A DNA stretch of 64,000 nt from Octopus sinensis (lineage: Eukaryota), in the NCBI RefSeq assembly GCF_006345805.1, contig NC_043018.1, positions 28,892,001-28,956,000 on the forward strand, read 5' to 3'. Positions within the stretch are counted from its first letter, which is position 1; each line of letters begins with the position of its first letter. The position numbers were made by a program, and so were the translations under genes. The notes under the pieces were generated by a model. That model had not been told where the DNA came from, did not search any database, and saw nothing but the letters and a program-made list of their open reading frames with translations. Below are positions 26,300-38,825 of this stretch, in pieces.

Positions 26300-26487
26300 G
26301 ATACCTTCTCGCGTCATGCCGACTCACAAAGGCCAGATTCCCGGTTTCTATGACGTATAAATTCACCACGTGGACGGAACGTCGGTCGGTCGCAAAGAAC
26401 ACAACAAGTCGCCCGGCTCAGGAATCGAAACCACAATCTTACGATCATGACTGCAACATCATAAACACTAAGCCACACGTCTCCACA
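26300..26487 (-). mobile_element. SINE, head M + tail 3
   Basis: Head ..gtcatgatcgtaagattgtggtttcgattcc as at 41198, joined to gcgaccgaccgacgttccgtcca...gaaaccggg as in tail 3. Confidence 0.6.
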
Positions 26488-27353
26488 AAGACTAAGAGTG
26501 GATAAACCTCTATCTTAGTTTAAGCCTTTGCCTATTCAGGACTGACAAATGGTTAAATTGTATCATATAAAACAATTTTTCAAAGCGTCAGCAATTATGA
26601 AGATATTTTTGATAATTCTTCCATGTTTTAAAAACTTGTGTTTGTTCAGATAACAGTTGTGTAATCAAATATAGAAAATGCGAAGAATGCTACCAAACCT
26701 ATTATTGTGTAACATCTCTATCTAATAATACGAGTGATCTGTCACTGTAATTTAGTTGAGAAAATCATAAATGGTATCATGGGAAAGCACTTAAATTCCT
26801 CTCAGAAGCTATCAGACTTCGAGTCACTTATCTCTGAATTGCTCATTAAATAGCAGAAATATTGTCTCATTTGTAGTTTATTGAATGTATTTCTTTAAAT
26901 ACGTTTCTGTAAATACATTTCTTTAAATGGAAGAAACAGATTTTGTCTCATAGCAACATTTAATATATTGATATTAAAAAGCTTATAAAACAATAAGTTT
27001 TCAATATGGAATGTATGATTCTGAATAAAATTAGAATTATTTAGTTACGTGGCACCTTGGGCAAGTATCTTCTACTATAGCCAACCAAAGCCCCGAGCCA
27101 ACCAAAACCTTGTGATTGGATTTGGTCGACCGAAACTGAAAGAAACTCGTCATACAGACACGAGCACCCCCCCCCCCCACATAAACACGCATACACACAC
27201 ATGTACACACATATTTATATGTGTGTGTGTGTTTGTGCGCGCATGCGGCATTTGAACTCAGAACGTAACGACGGACGAAATGCCGCTAAGAATTTTGTCC
27301 GGCTTGCTAACAATTCAGCCAGCTCACCAATCATAATAATAATAGTAATAATG

Positions 27354-27408
<55 letters not shown>

Positions 27409-27419
27409 GGATAATAATA

Positions 27420-27690
27420 ACTGTTTCGAATTTTTGCTCCAGTTATCATAAATGTGAATTTACATTTAAATGTGAATAGAAGCCGGAGGTTTCGAATGGG
27501 TTGTCCTTTTTCTCATTAATTTTCGAAGAGATTTTGTTGTCAAGAGGACAGCTGACCTCTATGATGGTACATACTTTGTCTTGTATGTTCCAAACAACAA
27601 TATCCAACCTCTTATGTTTACGCTTTAGAGACGCTTTGATAGGAATGTTCCTCCAGTATTCTTTGTGTTGGTGTTTGTGAGTGAGTGAGT
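27420..27690 (-). mobile_element. RLE retrotransposon fragment abutting (CATA)n
   Basis: [53 protein letters not shown], an RLE domain homologous to 59411-59785. Confidence 0.75.
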
Positions 27691-27691
27691 T

Positions 27692-27897
27692 TATGTATGT
27701 ATGTATGTATGTATGTATGTATGTATGTATGTATATATGTAGGTATGTAGGTATGTATGTATGTATGTATGTATGTATGTATGTATATATATATATGTAT
27801 GTATGAATGTATGAATGTATGTATGTATGTATGTATGTATGTATGTATGTATGTATGTATGTATGTATGTATGTATGTAGGTAGGTATGTATGTATG

Positions 27898-27931
<34 letters not shown>

Positions 27932-28001
27932 TGTATGTATGTATGCATGTATATATGTATATATGTATGTATGTATGTATGTAGGTAGGTATGTATGTAT
28001 G

Positions 28002-28032
<31 letters not shown>

Positions 28033-28199
28033 ATATATGTATATATGTATGTATGTATGTATGTATATAGGTATGTATGTATGTATATATGTATGTATGT
28101 ATGTATGTATGTAGGTATGTATGTATGTATATATGTATGTATGTATGTATGTATGTAGGTATGTATGTATGTATATATGTATGTTTGTATGTATGTATG

Positions 28200-28267
<68 letters not shown>

Positions 28268-28285
28268 TGTATATATATATGTATG

Positions 28286-28319
<34 letters not shown>

Positions 28320-28423
28320 TGTATGTATGTATATATATATATATATGTATGTATGTATGTAGGTATGTATGTATGTATGTATATATGTATGTATGTATGT
28401 ATGTATGTAGGTATGTATGTATG

Positions 28424-28457
<34 letters not shown>

Positions 28458-28587
28458 TATATGTATGTTTGTATGTATGTATGTATATATGTATGTATGT
28501 ATGTATGTATATATATGTATGTATGTATGAATGTATGTATATGTATGTATGTATGTATATATGTATGTATGTATATATGTATGTATG

Positions 28588-28630
<43 letters not shown>

Positions 28631-28664
28631 TGTATGTATGTGTGTGTGTATGTATGTATATATG

Positions 28665-28696
<32 letters not shown>

Positions 28697-28837
28697 TGTA
28701 TGTATGTATGTATGTATGTATGTATGTGTGTATGTATGTATGTATGTATGTATGTATGTATGTATGTATGTATGTATGTAGGTATTATGTATGTATATAT
28801 GTATGTATGTATGCATATATGTATGTATGTATGTATA
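27692..28837. repeat. ~1.15-kb (TATG)n array
   Basis: Seen directly. Explains most of the 490-aa ORF. Confidence 0.95.
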
Positions 28838-28974
28838 TTCGTTTTTGGTTCTAATTTTTGAAATTCTCACCACTGGAGTAAAGCCACGATTTCTAGATTT
28901 GAAACAATACTTCTTCATTGGAATTTAGACGAAATGAAACATAAATATACATAAATACATACACACACACACAC

Positions 28975-29031
<57 letters not shown>

Positions 29032-29134
29032 TAGAAACACATCAAGAATCTTCCATCAAGTACAAGTGAATTTTGGAAGAGGAGCCTTGCAACTCTTCCA
29101 GATAGATGGAATAGCATTGTAGAAAATGAAGGAG

Positions 29135-29510
29135 ACTGTGTGGTAAGTAGCTTGTTTACCAGCCATATGGTTCCGGGTTCAGTCCCACTGCATGGCACCT
29201 TGGGCAAGTGTCTTCTACTATAGCCTCGGGCCGACCAAAACCTTGTGTGAGGATTTGGTAGGCGGAAACTGAAAGAAGCCTGTCGTATATATGTATATAT
29301 ATATACGTATGTGTCTCTGTGTTTGTCCCCTAGCATTGCTTGACAACCGTTGCTGGTGTGTTTACGTCCCCGTAACTTAGCGGTTCGGCAAAAGAGACCG
29401 ATAGAATAAGTACTAGGCTTACAATGAATAAGTCCAGGGGTCGATTTGCTCGACTAAAGGCGGTGCTCCAGCATGGCCACAGTCAAATGACTGAAACAAG
29501 TAAAAGAGTA
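29135..29510 (+). mobile_element. SINE family A, slightly 5'-truncated
   Basis: Collinear with 17561-17983. Confidence 0.9.
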
Positions 29511-29521
29511 TATCTATAAAC

Positions 29522-29705
29522 ACATCAAGAGGTGTCCATCAAGTACAAGTGAATTTTGGAAGAGGGGCTTTGGAAGTCTTCCAGATAGATGGAAGAGCAT
29601 TGTAGAAAATGAAGGAGAATATATTTCTGATTAAAAAAGAACTTTATCTTGATTTTGAAATATAAAAGTAGTCTAAGAACTGCATTGTTTATGGGATAGC
29701 CCAAT
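29522..29705 (+). mobile_element. Right end of a mariner element (transposase C-terminus + TIR-like end)
   Basis: EFWKRGFGSLPDRWKSIVENEGEYISD* is a typical mariner C-terminus, followed by ttatgggatagcccaata. Confidence 0.7.
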
Positions 29706-30882
29706 ACATACATACATACATCCATTCATACATATATGTATAAACATATATGTACACATACATATGTATACATACACACGTACACACATATACATACATA
29801 TACATGCATATAGAGAGAGGAGTGTATATTCTATTATCAGATGTGGTGAATAATATATGTAGTAATCTACGATAGTTGACGAGAGAGTTATGAACGATGT
29901 TTAGTGTAGATAAGAGAGATATCTTATTCACAGTAGAGTAATATAGTTAGGATAAGTATATTTAAAGTAAATATGTATGGTAGATTATAAGATAGATAAG
30001 ATGTATAAAGGAACACATGTATTGGGAAATCTATTGACTAGCGTCAAAAGGAAGACAGCTCTATTATGAAAAAGTGCTTCGATATTTCATATAAGAAGAA
30101 AAGATGTCTGAAGTGATTGGTAGTGAAACGAGAAAACAATAAAGAGGAACGTATAGCTAGAATCGGTACTTTACTAAAAAGCTAAATGATGTCTTCGTAC
30201 AGTAAATAGTCAATGATAACGGAAAGACAAAGTAAATGCCTGGTAGATATAGACGACAATCTCCAGTATAATTTCCTCTTCAATATATCGATGTTATTTC
30301 CGCATTATGGCGTTGGAAAGAAGAGCAATAAAAAAAGTTTTATCAACGATACCATATGATATTACATCCGATATTCGGAGATAACCAGAAGAAACCAGAG
30401 GAGAAATAAACAATAAAGGAAAACAACAATAAATAAAACACTGGCCAAGTTTTAAAAATATAAATCACAACTGAATATAGTTTACCTATAACTGTATTTA
30501 GGTTATACAGATTTACAATATGCCAAAATATTTCTTCATTTGATTTTATGACTGCTGCGTGTTTTAATTCTTAGAAAGAAAGACCGAGATGGTGTATACG
30601 TGTCGGTCATTATTTCTTCATTTTTTTATAACAGGAAGAACGTTTGCTGTCACAGTAGTTAGATGATTAATATATACATATTCATCGATGCAGCGAGCTG
30701 GCAGTGTCATTTACCCGTCGGGCAAAATGCATCGCGGCATTTCGTCCGTCTTTACATTCTGAATTCAAATTCCGCCGACATCAGTTTTGCTTTTTATTAT
30801 TTCGGAGTCGATATAATCAACTTAATCTCTCCACCGAAATTTCTGACTTTGTGCCAAGATTTGAAACCAATATATTTTAAAC

Positions 30883-31287
30883 CAGGCGCAGGAGTAGCTG
30901 TATGGTAAGTAGCTAGCTTACCAACCACATGGTTCCGGGTTCAGTCCCACTGCGTGGCACCTTGGGTTAGTGTCTTCTACTATAGCCTCGGGCCGACCAA
31001 AGCCTTGTGAGTGGATTTGGTAGATGGAAACTAAAAGAAGCCTGTCGTATATATGTATGTGTATGTATATGTTTGTTTGTCTGTGTTTCTTCGCTCCCCA
31101 CCATCGCTTCACAACTGATGTTGGTGTGCTTACGTCTCCGTAACTTAACGGTTCAGCAAAAGAGAACGATAGAATAAGTACTAGGCTTACAAAGAATAAT
31201 TCCTGGGGTCAATTTGCTCGACTAAAGGCGGTGCTCTCGCATGGCCGCAGTCAAATAACTGAAACAAGTAAAAGAGTAAAAGAGTAT
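30883..31287 (+). mobile_element. SINE family A, full length
   Basis: Head through (gtaaaaga)n tail. Confidence 0.9.
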
Positions 31288-31663
31288 ATATGTATATATA
31301 TTACGTTGCAATTTAATTATACATAATCTGTGTTTTTATGTTTGAATTAAATACGCCCTGGCATGGCTGTATGGCTGAGTAGCTCTCTTTTTGACGATGT
31401 GTTTTGGGACTTTAAAGTCTGCCTGGTATACAGAAACTGTGGAAGACGCCACAACCGAAGGACAATCGTTGTTAATTTGTCTATGTCCCTGTAACTTAAC
31501 ACTAGACTTTAAGAATAAGTACAGGGATCGAAATGTTTGACTAAACCCTTCAAAGCAGTGCCCCAGCATGACCGTAGTCCAATGAGTGAAGCGAGTAAAT
31601 GATAATGGATAAAATATATAAAGCTATATTTTCACTGATGAAACTCATGAAAGTGTAAATGTT

Positions 31664-32155
31664 TGTCATCGTCATCATTGTTCGACCTTGGTCGAGACAA
31701 TGGAATTTACTATGTTACGCCAGACTTTACGGTCCATCATAGCATTACGGAGGTCCTGTTGCTGGATGCCTGCATCCCCGGAGATTACATCAGGGTAGGA
31801 GAGTGTGCGCTCTCTGGTATCGCGAGTAGATGGCTTCCAGAGGAGAAGAGTGGAAATTGCCTCGTTTTCAGCTTTACAACAATGTCCAGCAAACTGGACT
31901 CTTCTACCTTTCACAAGAGATGATACAGGTGGTAATTTCCCATATATTTGTACTTTGGTTGGATGACGCTTCCACGAAAGATTTTGAGCTCTCATAAGCA
32001 GGCGAGTGTAAGTTCCATCCAACCGCCTCTTAAGCTTCTTTGATAACGTCCAGGTTTCTGAGCCATATAGTAGAATTGGTTCGACTGTGGCTTTGAAGAT
32101 TTTAAGTTTGAAATCTCTACTTAGATTTGATGACCAGATCTTATGCATATCGTAA
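31664..32155 (-). mobile_element. 3' fragment of RTE-clade LINE with (GAT)n tail
   Basis: ORF 31675-32148 contains KIFKATVEPILLYGSETWTL...FAGHC...MMDRKVWRNIV. Confidence 0.85.
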
Positions 32156-32962
32156 GTAGTTGTCTCCCTTGACAGTCCAACCTAACTATAATAATAGATA
32201 ACCAATATTTGTCCAACATAGTTTACTGTAGTCATCGTTGATGTTTGAAAACATTGCTAAAAATTAAGAACACTATTTTTAAACGTACAAATACTGTCGA
32301 ATCAGTGACACAAACTGCGTGCGTAAGAGAGTTTAGTTGAAATATAGCTTAAAAACTATAACGAACCATTGACAACGTTATTGTGCTGTGTCAGACGAAT
32401 GAATTAATAACAAGGGAAGATTCGGAACTGCAATTAATTAAATTATTAAACGAAGCATCAGAAAAATTACTACAAAAATCGGAACAGTGGAAAATGAAAC
32501 ATGGAAACAAACTAAAGATTAAAAATATATTTTATAAACGTATAACAGTTTTAGTGAAAAAGACAAATACGATATTAAACTGCATGTTAGAAATATTTCA
32601 CTTTATTGAACTCGAGTGATATTGCATTATAAATTACAGTCCGTATTGTAATTTGTCACACAAGTAGAACACTTGGAAACATATTGAATATTTTATCAAG
32701 ATAAATAGGATAACGCTGTCATTATTTGAGTGCACAGCGGTGGTCGTTTCGGTAATAAAATATCATTGGATCAAGGCTTGTGGACGTTATTTATCTTACC
32801 AGCCTGATGTGATATGATATGGATACATAAATAACAAGAGTTTACAAATATTGATGTCAGGGCTGAAGACAAATATTGCGAAAACATTTCCGTGATATAT
32901 AACAAACAAGGTGTATTGACAACCATAAATAATGCAACGTATGATGTATATATATATAAATA

Positions 32963-33150
32963 TTTTACTCTTTTACTTGTTTCAGTCATTTGACTGCGGC
33001 CATGTTGGAGCACCGCTTTTAGTCGAGCAAATCGACCCCAGGACTTATTCTTTGTAAGCCTAGTACTTATTCTATCGGTCTCTTTTTGCCGAACCGATAA
33101 GTTATCAAGCGATGGTGGGGGGGGGGGAGAGAAACATAGACACAAACATA
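32963..33150 (-). mobile_element. SINE family A, 3' half
   Basis: ttttactcttttacttgtttcagtcatttgactgcggcc. Confidence 0.8.
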
Positions 33151-33359
33151 TATGACAACCATAAAAATGTGCTTCTTCTTCTTCTCCTTCTTTCTTCTTC
33201 CTTCTCCTTCTCCTACTCCTTCCTTCTCTTTCTTCTTCCTTCTTCTTCCTCTTCTTCTTCCTTCTCCTTCTCCCCCTCTTCTTCTTCTTCTTTCACTTCT
33301 ACTTCTACTTCCTCTTCTCCTTCTCCTTCTCCCTCTCCTCCTCCTTCTTCTCCTTATTA

Positions 33360-33392
<33 letters not shown>

Positions 33393-33393
<1 letters not shown>

Positions 33394-33640
33394 GGCCGGG
33401 TTCCAACCCGGGCAGCAGCAAAAAAGTCTACCCCCCACATTTCTCGGTCCATCCTGAGTACCTCAAGGGCCTGGATACATTGTAGGCCAGTGTCTGCAAC
33501 CAATTTGTCGATGTGTAACTACCTTTTCCTCTTCTTACATCACCATGAAGTGGGTTCCACACGACTACGAGGTCAGGGTGGCGTACGTAGTGGCCAGATA
33601 GACACAGCCGTCTTTGCTTGATCTTAACTTTTTGCGAGCA
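33393..33640 (-). mobile_element. Degraded 3' end of an RTE-clade LINE followed by (TAA)n
   Basis: Translates to ...HIDKLVADTGLQCIQALEVLRMDREMW...ARVGTRP*, resembling the RTE C-terminus at 31675. Confidence 0.55.
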
Positions 33641-33721
33641 CATAAATCTTTTAGAATCACACACACACGCAGACACACAGACAAACACACACACGCATCC
33701 CCACACACACGTATATAGGTA

Positions 33722-34082
33722 GAGGGGCAATGGCCCAGTGGTTAGGGCAGCGGACTCGCGGTCGAAGGATCGCAGGTTCGATTCCCAGGTCGGTCGTGTG
33801 TATTGAGCGAAAACACCTAACGCTCCACGAGGCTCCGGCAAGGGGTGATAGCAAACTCTGCTGTACTCTTTCGCCACAACTTTCTCTCACTCTTTCTTCC
33901 TATTTCTGTTATACATGTATCTCAAAGGTCCTGCCTTATCACACACTATGTCACAATGAATCTCTCTGAGAACTACGTTAAGAATAGACGTGTCAGTGGA
34001 GTGCTCAGCCACTTGCATGTTAATTTCAAGAGCAGGCTGTGCCGTTGATCATATAAAAGGAAGCCTCGTCGCTGAACCGTCG

Positions 34083-34086
<4 letters not shown>
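33722..34086 (+). mobile_element. SINE, head R + tail 2
   Basis: Collinear with 35398-35780. Confidence 0.8.
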
Positions 34087-34174
<88 letters not shown>

Positions 34175-34277
34175 CTATAAATATGCATATGTGTATATAT
34201 ATATATGTACAAGGTATAATATATATAAGTATATATACATATACATATAAATATATATGTATGTATTTGTGCATATG

Positions 34278-34356
<79 letters not shown>

Positions 34357-34592
34357 ACTACTAATATAGGATGAATTTTTTTCCTACAGAAAAAAAATTC
34401 CATGATAAATTGTAGCAGCATATTAAAATACCTTTACGGTTAAAATTATAAACAACTTAGAAGTAAGGGCTAAAGGAACTTATTTGAATGCCAATATGCT
34501 GATAACAGACTATTAAATTGTCAATTTCCACATAAATTATTTACTCGCAACAGAAAACACACGAATAACTGAAATCATTGAATATATTTAAC

Positions 34593-34633
<41 letters not shown>

Positions 34634-34699
34634 TTTTAGGAGTTTCAAGTCGAGAGCCGTGGCCATGGCTGCGCATCACCGTTAGCTTTGCTACAAATT

Positions 34700-35095
34700 A
34701 ACTATTTGAAACCTTATCTGATATGTGACATTTGGTGAATGGGAGAGTTTGATGTTAATGCTCTTATTTTGCGTTCCTGCCTTGTGGTGGGTTCATCCAG
34801 AAACCTTGCCATGCAGAGATCAAATTTTATTTTGAAGACACCTACATCCACTCCACGTAGGTCTTCCTGGCTTTTTAGCGAGGATAATGAAGAGTTACTG
34901 GTTTTTGAAACTCAAGGTTTTGCATTTCTCATCCTGTACTGTGAAGGCAATTTTTGGATCTTTGGCACTATGCAGCGGCACCCTAATCTGCTGTTTGTGT
35001 AACTTTCAATGCAAACGTTTAGTACAGTTTCTTCCAGGATTTTCCAGATGTATATCACTTCATCTTCTTCACGCTTTTGTTCTAGGACGTAGAGA

Positions 35096-35097
<2 letters not shown>
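34700..35097 (-). mobile_element. 3' remnant of a CR1/L2-group LINE
   Basis: LYVLEQKREEDEVIYIWKILE resembles the LYSLERRRERY.IIY.WKILEG motif downstream of RT. Confidence 0.55.
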
Positions 35098-35160
<63 letters not shown>

Positions 35161-35397
35161 ATATATACATAAGAGAGGCTTTGTCAAAGCTCTCAAAACT
35201 AAATTCGCTCACACACCAGTAGACATCTTGCACTATAGATACGTATTCACTATGCCAGGCAGTGGGACTGAACTGGTTGCCAGCGAACTCCTAAACCACA
35301 CAAACGTGCCTTCACCAATGTATATATATATATAAATAAAGTATACACATGTACACATACATGCAATTATGCATTCATATGAATGCATATATATATG

Positions 35398-35780
35398 TGG
35401 AGGCGCAATGGCCCAGTGGTGAGGGCAGCGGACTCGCGGTCGTAGGATCGTGATTTCGATTCCCAGACCGGGCGTTGTGAGTGTTTATTGAGCGAAAACA
35501 CCTAAAGCTCCACGACGCTCCGGCAGGGATGGTGGTGATCCCTGCTGTACTCTTTCACCACAACTTTCTCTCACTCTTACTTCCTGTTTCTGTTGTATCT
35601 GTATTTCAAAGGGCCGGCCTTGTCACTTTCTGTGTCACGCTGAATATCCCCGAGAACTACGTTAAGGGTACACGTGTCTGTGGAGTGCTCAGCCACTTAC
35701 ACGTTAATTTCACGAGCAGGCTGTTCCGTTGATCGGATCAACCGGAACCCTCATCGTCGTAACCGACGGAGTGCTTCCAT
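35398..35780 (+). mobile_element. SINE, head R + tail 2, near intact
   Basis: tggaggcgcaatggcccagtgg...ttcgattccc...gagaactacgttaagggtacacgtgtc...gtaaccgacggagt. Confidence 0.9.
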
Positions 35781-35788
35781 CATCATAT

Positions 35789-35825
<37 letters not shown>

Positions 35826-36954
35826 AGTGTCTGTGTGTGTATTTATGTATATCTCAATGTATATGCGTATACGTACATGGACATATAAATAAAATCTATC
35901 TTCTTTATAGCCTACGATTAACTTGTTATTTATCGTAATGTTTGCAAGATAAAATGAAGTGAAAAGACCAAGATAAAAATCTCATTACTGAAATGTTTCA
36001 CTGATTTCATATTTTTATTCAAGTGGTGTCAACATCAATTGCCGCTAAGTTGAAAATGGCGGTCATGTGGTCTGGTCAAATTGTCATGACATTCAAATTA
36101 CATCTCTTTATCTGTAGTGAGACTGGAGTCAATAATCAGAGAAATTACAATATATTACTTGTATCGTCTGTCATTTCTTCCATTTTATTTGTAGATTATA
36201 GCAGTTTATAGCTTTCTGTTTTACATTTCGTATCTGCATGTTTCAAATCTCATGTGCACTTATACATACACATAGGTACATATACAGACACAATAAAACA
36301 TATACATGCATGCATACATACATACACATGCATATATACATACACGTACAGAACTACACACATACGTTCATAAATACATACACACGTACATACATAAACG
36401 CACATACATACATACATACACCTTAATACGCAAACACATTCATAAATATATATTATGGCCTATACAGAGTTTCCACACGTAAATATACACACACTAGACA
36501 ATACAAAGATGATTGCTACCAGAGCAGGAAGAGAAACTATTTTAAGAGAAAGAAACGTTTTTTTTCTGATAATACACCAAACGAGATGGAAATCATATGT
36601 TGTAGATATAAAACTTTGCAGAGCTACTTAATTGGGCATACTTTACTAGAAACTGGTAGATTCTGTAGTACGAATAATTACCTACATCTCAACCAACGAA
36701 CGAGACAATTTGCAAATGTCCTTGTTAATTGAGTTTAGGTTCGTATATTGATTAGTTCACTTCTTCACTTTGAAGTGTAATGTCAGAGCGAAGACCAAAA
36801 TTACAAATATTCATATTTTCAGAGTAAGATTTAAATGTAGGAATTTCTCAGTGGTTAAAGCGTCGGGCTCACAATCACGAGGTAGTGAGTTCGATTCCTG
36901 GACCGGACCGTGTTCTTCAGCAAAGTACTTTATTTTCACGTTGCTCCAGTTTAG

Positions 36955-37390
36955 ATCGTAGCAGCAGACGAAATACCGATTTCATTACTACCCACAAGGG
37001 GCTAAACACAGAGGGAACAAACAAGGACAGACAAACGGATTAAGTCGATTACATCGACCCCGTGCGAAACTGGTACTTATTTAATCGACCCCAAAAGGAT
37101 GAAAAGCAAAGTCGACCTCGGCGGAATTTGAGCTCAGAATGTAGCGGCAGACGAAATACATATTTCTTTATTACCCACAAGGGGCTAAACACAAAGAGGA
37201 CAAACAAGGGCAGACAAAAGGATTAAGTCGATTACATCGACCCCAGTGCGTAACTGGTACTTAATTTATCGACCCCAAAGGATGAAAGTCAAAGTCGACC
37301 TCGGCGGAATTTGAACTCAGAACGTAGCAGCAGACGAAATACCGCTAAGCATTCCGTCCGGCGTGCTAACGTTTCTGCCAGCTCTCAGCC
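36955..37390 (-). mobile_element. SINE family N tandem (head-body-tail, body-tail, partial body)
   Basis: Two ~180-bp units, each joined at tail|gtatttcgtctgc. Confidence 0.85.
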
Positions 37391-37399
37391 TTCTCAAGA

Positions 37400-37650
37400 T
37401 CACATATTGGCATAGTCATGAAATATGAAAATCTTACTTCTTCCTAGTTACTTTCCTGACCTTGTCCCATCTAACAACTATCTTTTCAGATTATTGTTGC
37501 ACATTTAGAAGGAAAACAGGTTATTAATGGTAAAAATGTTTAAAATGATATTGCGTATTTCTTTGCCTTGTGACCTGAAAGTATTAACGCTCCAGGGATC
37601 GACAGTCTGCCAACCAAATATATGGGATTATATTATCAATAATGAGCGGA
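37400..37650 (+). pseudogene. Degraded mariner transposase C-terminal remnant
   Basis: LLPSYFPDLVPSNNYLF (YSPDLAPSDYYLF-like) and GIDSLPTKY. Confidence 0.55.
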
Positions 37651-37654
37651 AATA

Positions 37655-38060
37655 TTCGTTTCTACTCTAGGTACAAGGCCCGAAATTTTTTTTTGGGGGG
37701 GGGGGGCAGTCGATTAGATCGACTCCAGTATGCAACTGGTACTTAATTTATCGACCCCGAAAGGATGAAAAGCAAAGTCGATCTCGGCGAAACTTGAACT
37801 CAGAACGTAAAGACATGGGGAATACCTATTTCTTTACTACCCACAAGGGGCTAAACATAGAGAGGAGAAACAAGGACAGACAAACGGAATAAGTCGATTA
37901 TATCGACCCCAGTGCGTAACTGGTATATATTTAATCGACCCCGAAAGGATGAAAGGCAAAGTCGACCTCGGCGGAATTTGAACTCAGAACGTAGCAGCAG
38001 ACGAAATACCGCTGACCAGTTCGCTCGGCGTGCTAACGATTCTGCCAACTCGCCGCCTTA
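37655..38060 (-). mobile_element. SINE family N dimer (two different tails)
   Basis: A full copy at 37828-38058 is followed by a headless body with the alternative tail. Confidence 0.85.
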
Positions 38061-38204
38061 ATTAGAGGAAATGTTATCTAGATGAAATCTACCAATGAAG
38101 ACTACAGACGCATTTATTTATTTCTCATCTTGAAATACGAAGGACGTTCCAAACTAATATTTTAGCCCTAAAATGATGGCAAATATCTATCCTATGTTTT
38201 ACCT

Positions 38205-38825
38205 GTTTCAGTCATTGGGTTGCGTCCATGCTGGGGCACCGTCTTGGAGAGCTGTTAGTCGAACGAGTCGACCGCAGTACAGTCTTTTGAGCGTGGGACT
38301 TACGCTATCGGTTTTTTGCTGGACCACTATGCTACAAGGACGTAAACAAGCCAACACCAGTTGTCAAGCGGTGAGGTTGGGGGACAAACACAGACACAAA
38401 CACTCACATACGTATATATATATATAATAATTTTTTGAAGGAATATTATTCCTAACTTACAAAGAAAAATTCAATTTAGAAAAACTAAATCAAATTTCAC
38501 AAAATATAACATATATATAAAACTTAGAAAAAGCACCTTTTATCAATTCAACATGAATAACTAAATTATACCATCTAGAAAATTACTTATAATAGAAATA
38601 GTAAAATTAAAATAACAATGATTAAGTAAATTTCATAATAATAATAAAAACGTATATATATATATATATATGAACGACGGGCTTCTTTCTCTTTCCGTCA
38701 ACCAAATCCACTCACAAGGAAGCTATAGTGGAAGACACATGCCTAAGCTCCCACGCAGTGGAACTGAACCCGGAACCAGTGTGGCTGGGAAGCAGTCTTC
38801 TCACCACACAGCTACGCTTGCGCCT
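38205..38825 (-). mobile_element. SINE family A, degraded, with a ~225-bp AT-rich insert in its internal (TA)n
   Basis: The insert at ~38427-38650 is flanked on both sides by acgtatatatatata. Confidence 0.7.

Noticed and set aside
27446-28918. 490-aa ORF
   Set aside because: Translation of (CATA)n fused to a short RLE fragment; not a gene.
35398-35470. SINE heads as functional tRNA genes (also 41198, 40711)
   Set aside because: Acceptor stems are incomplete and each continues into a multi-copy SINE body.
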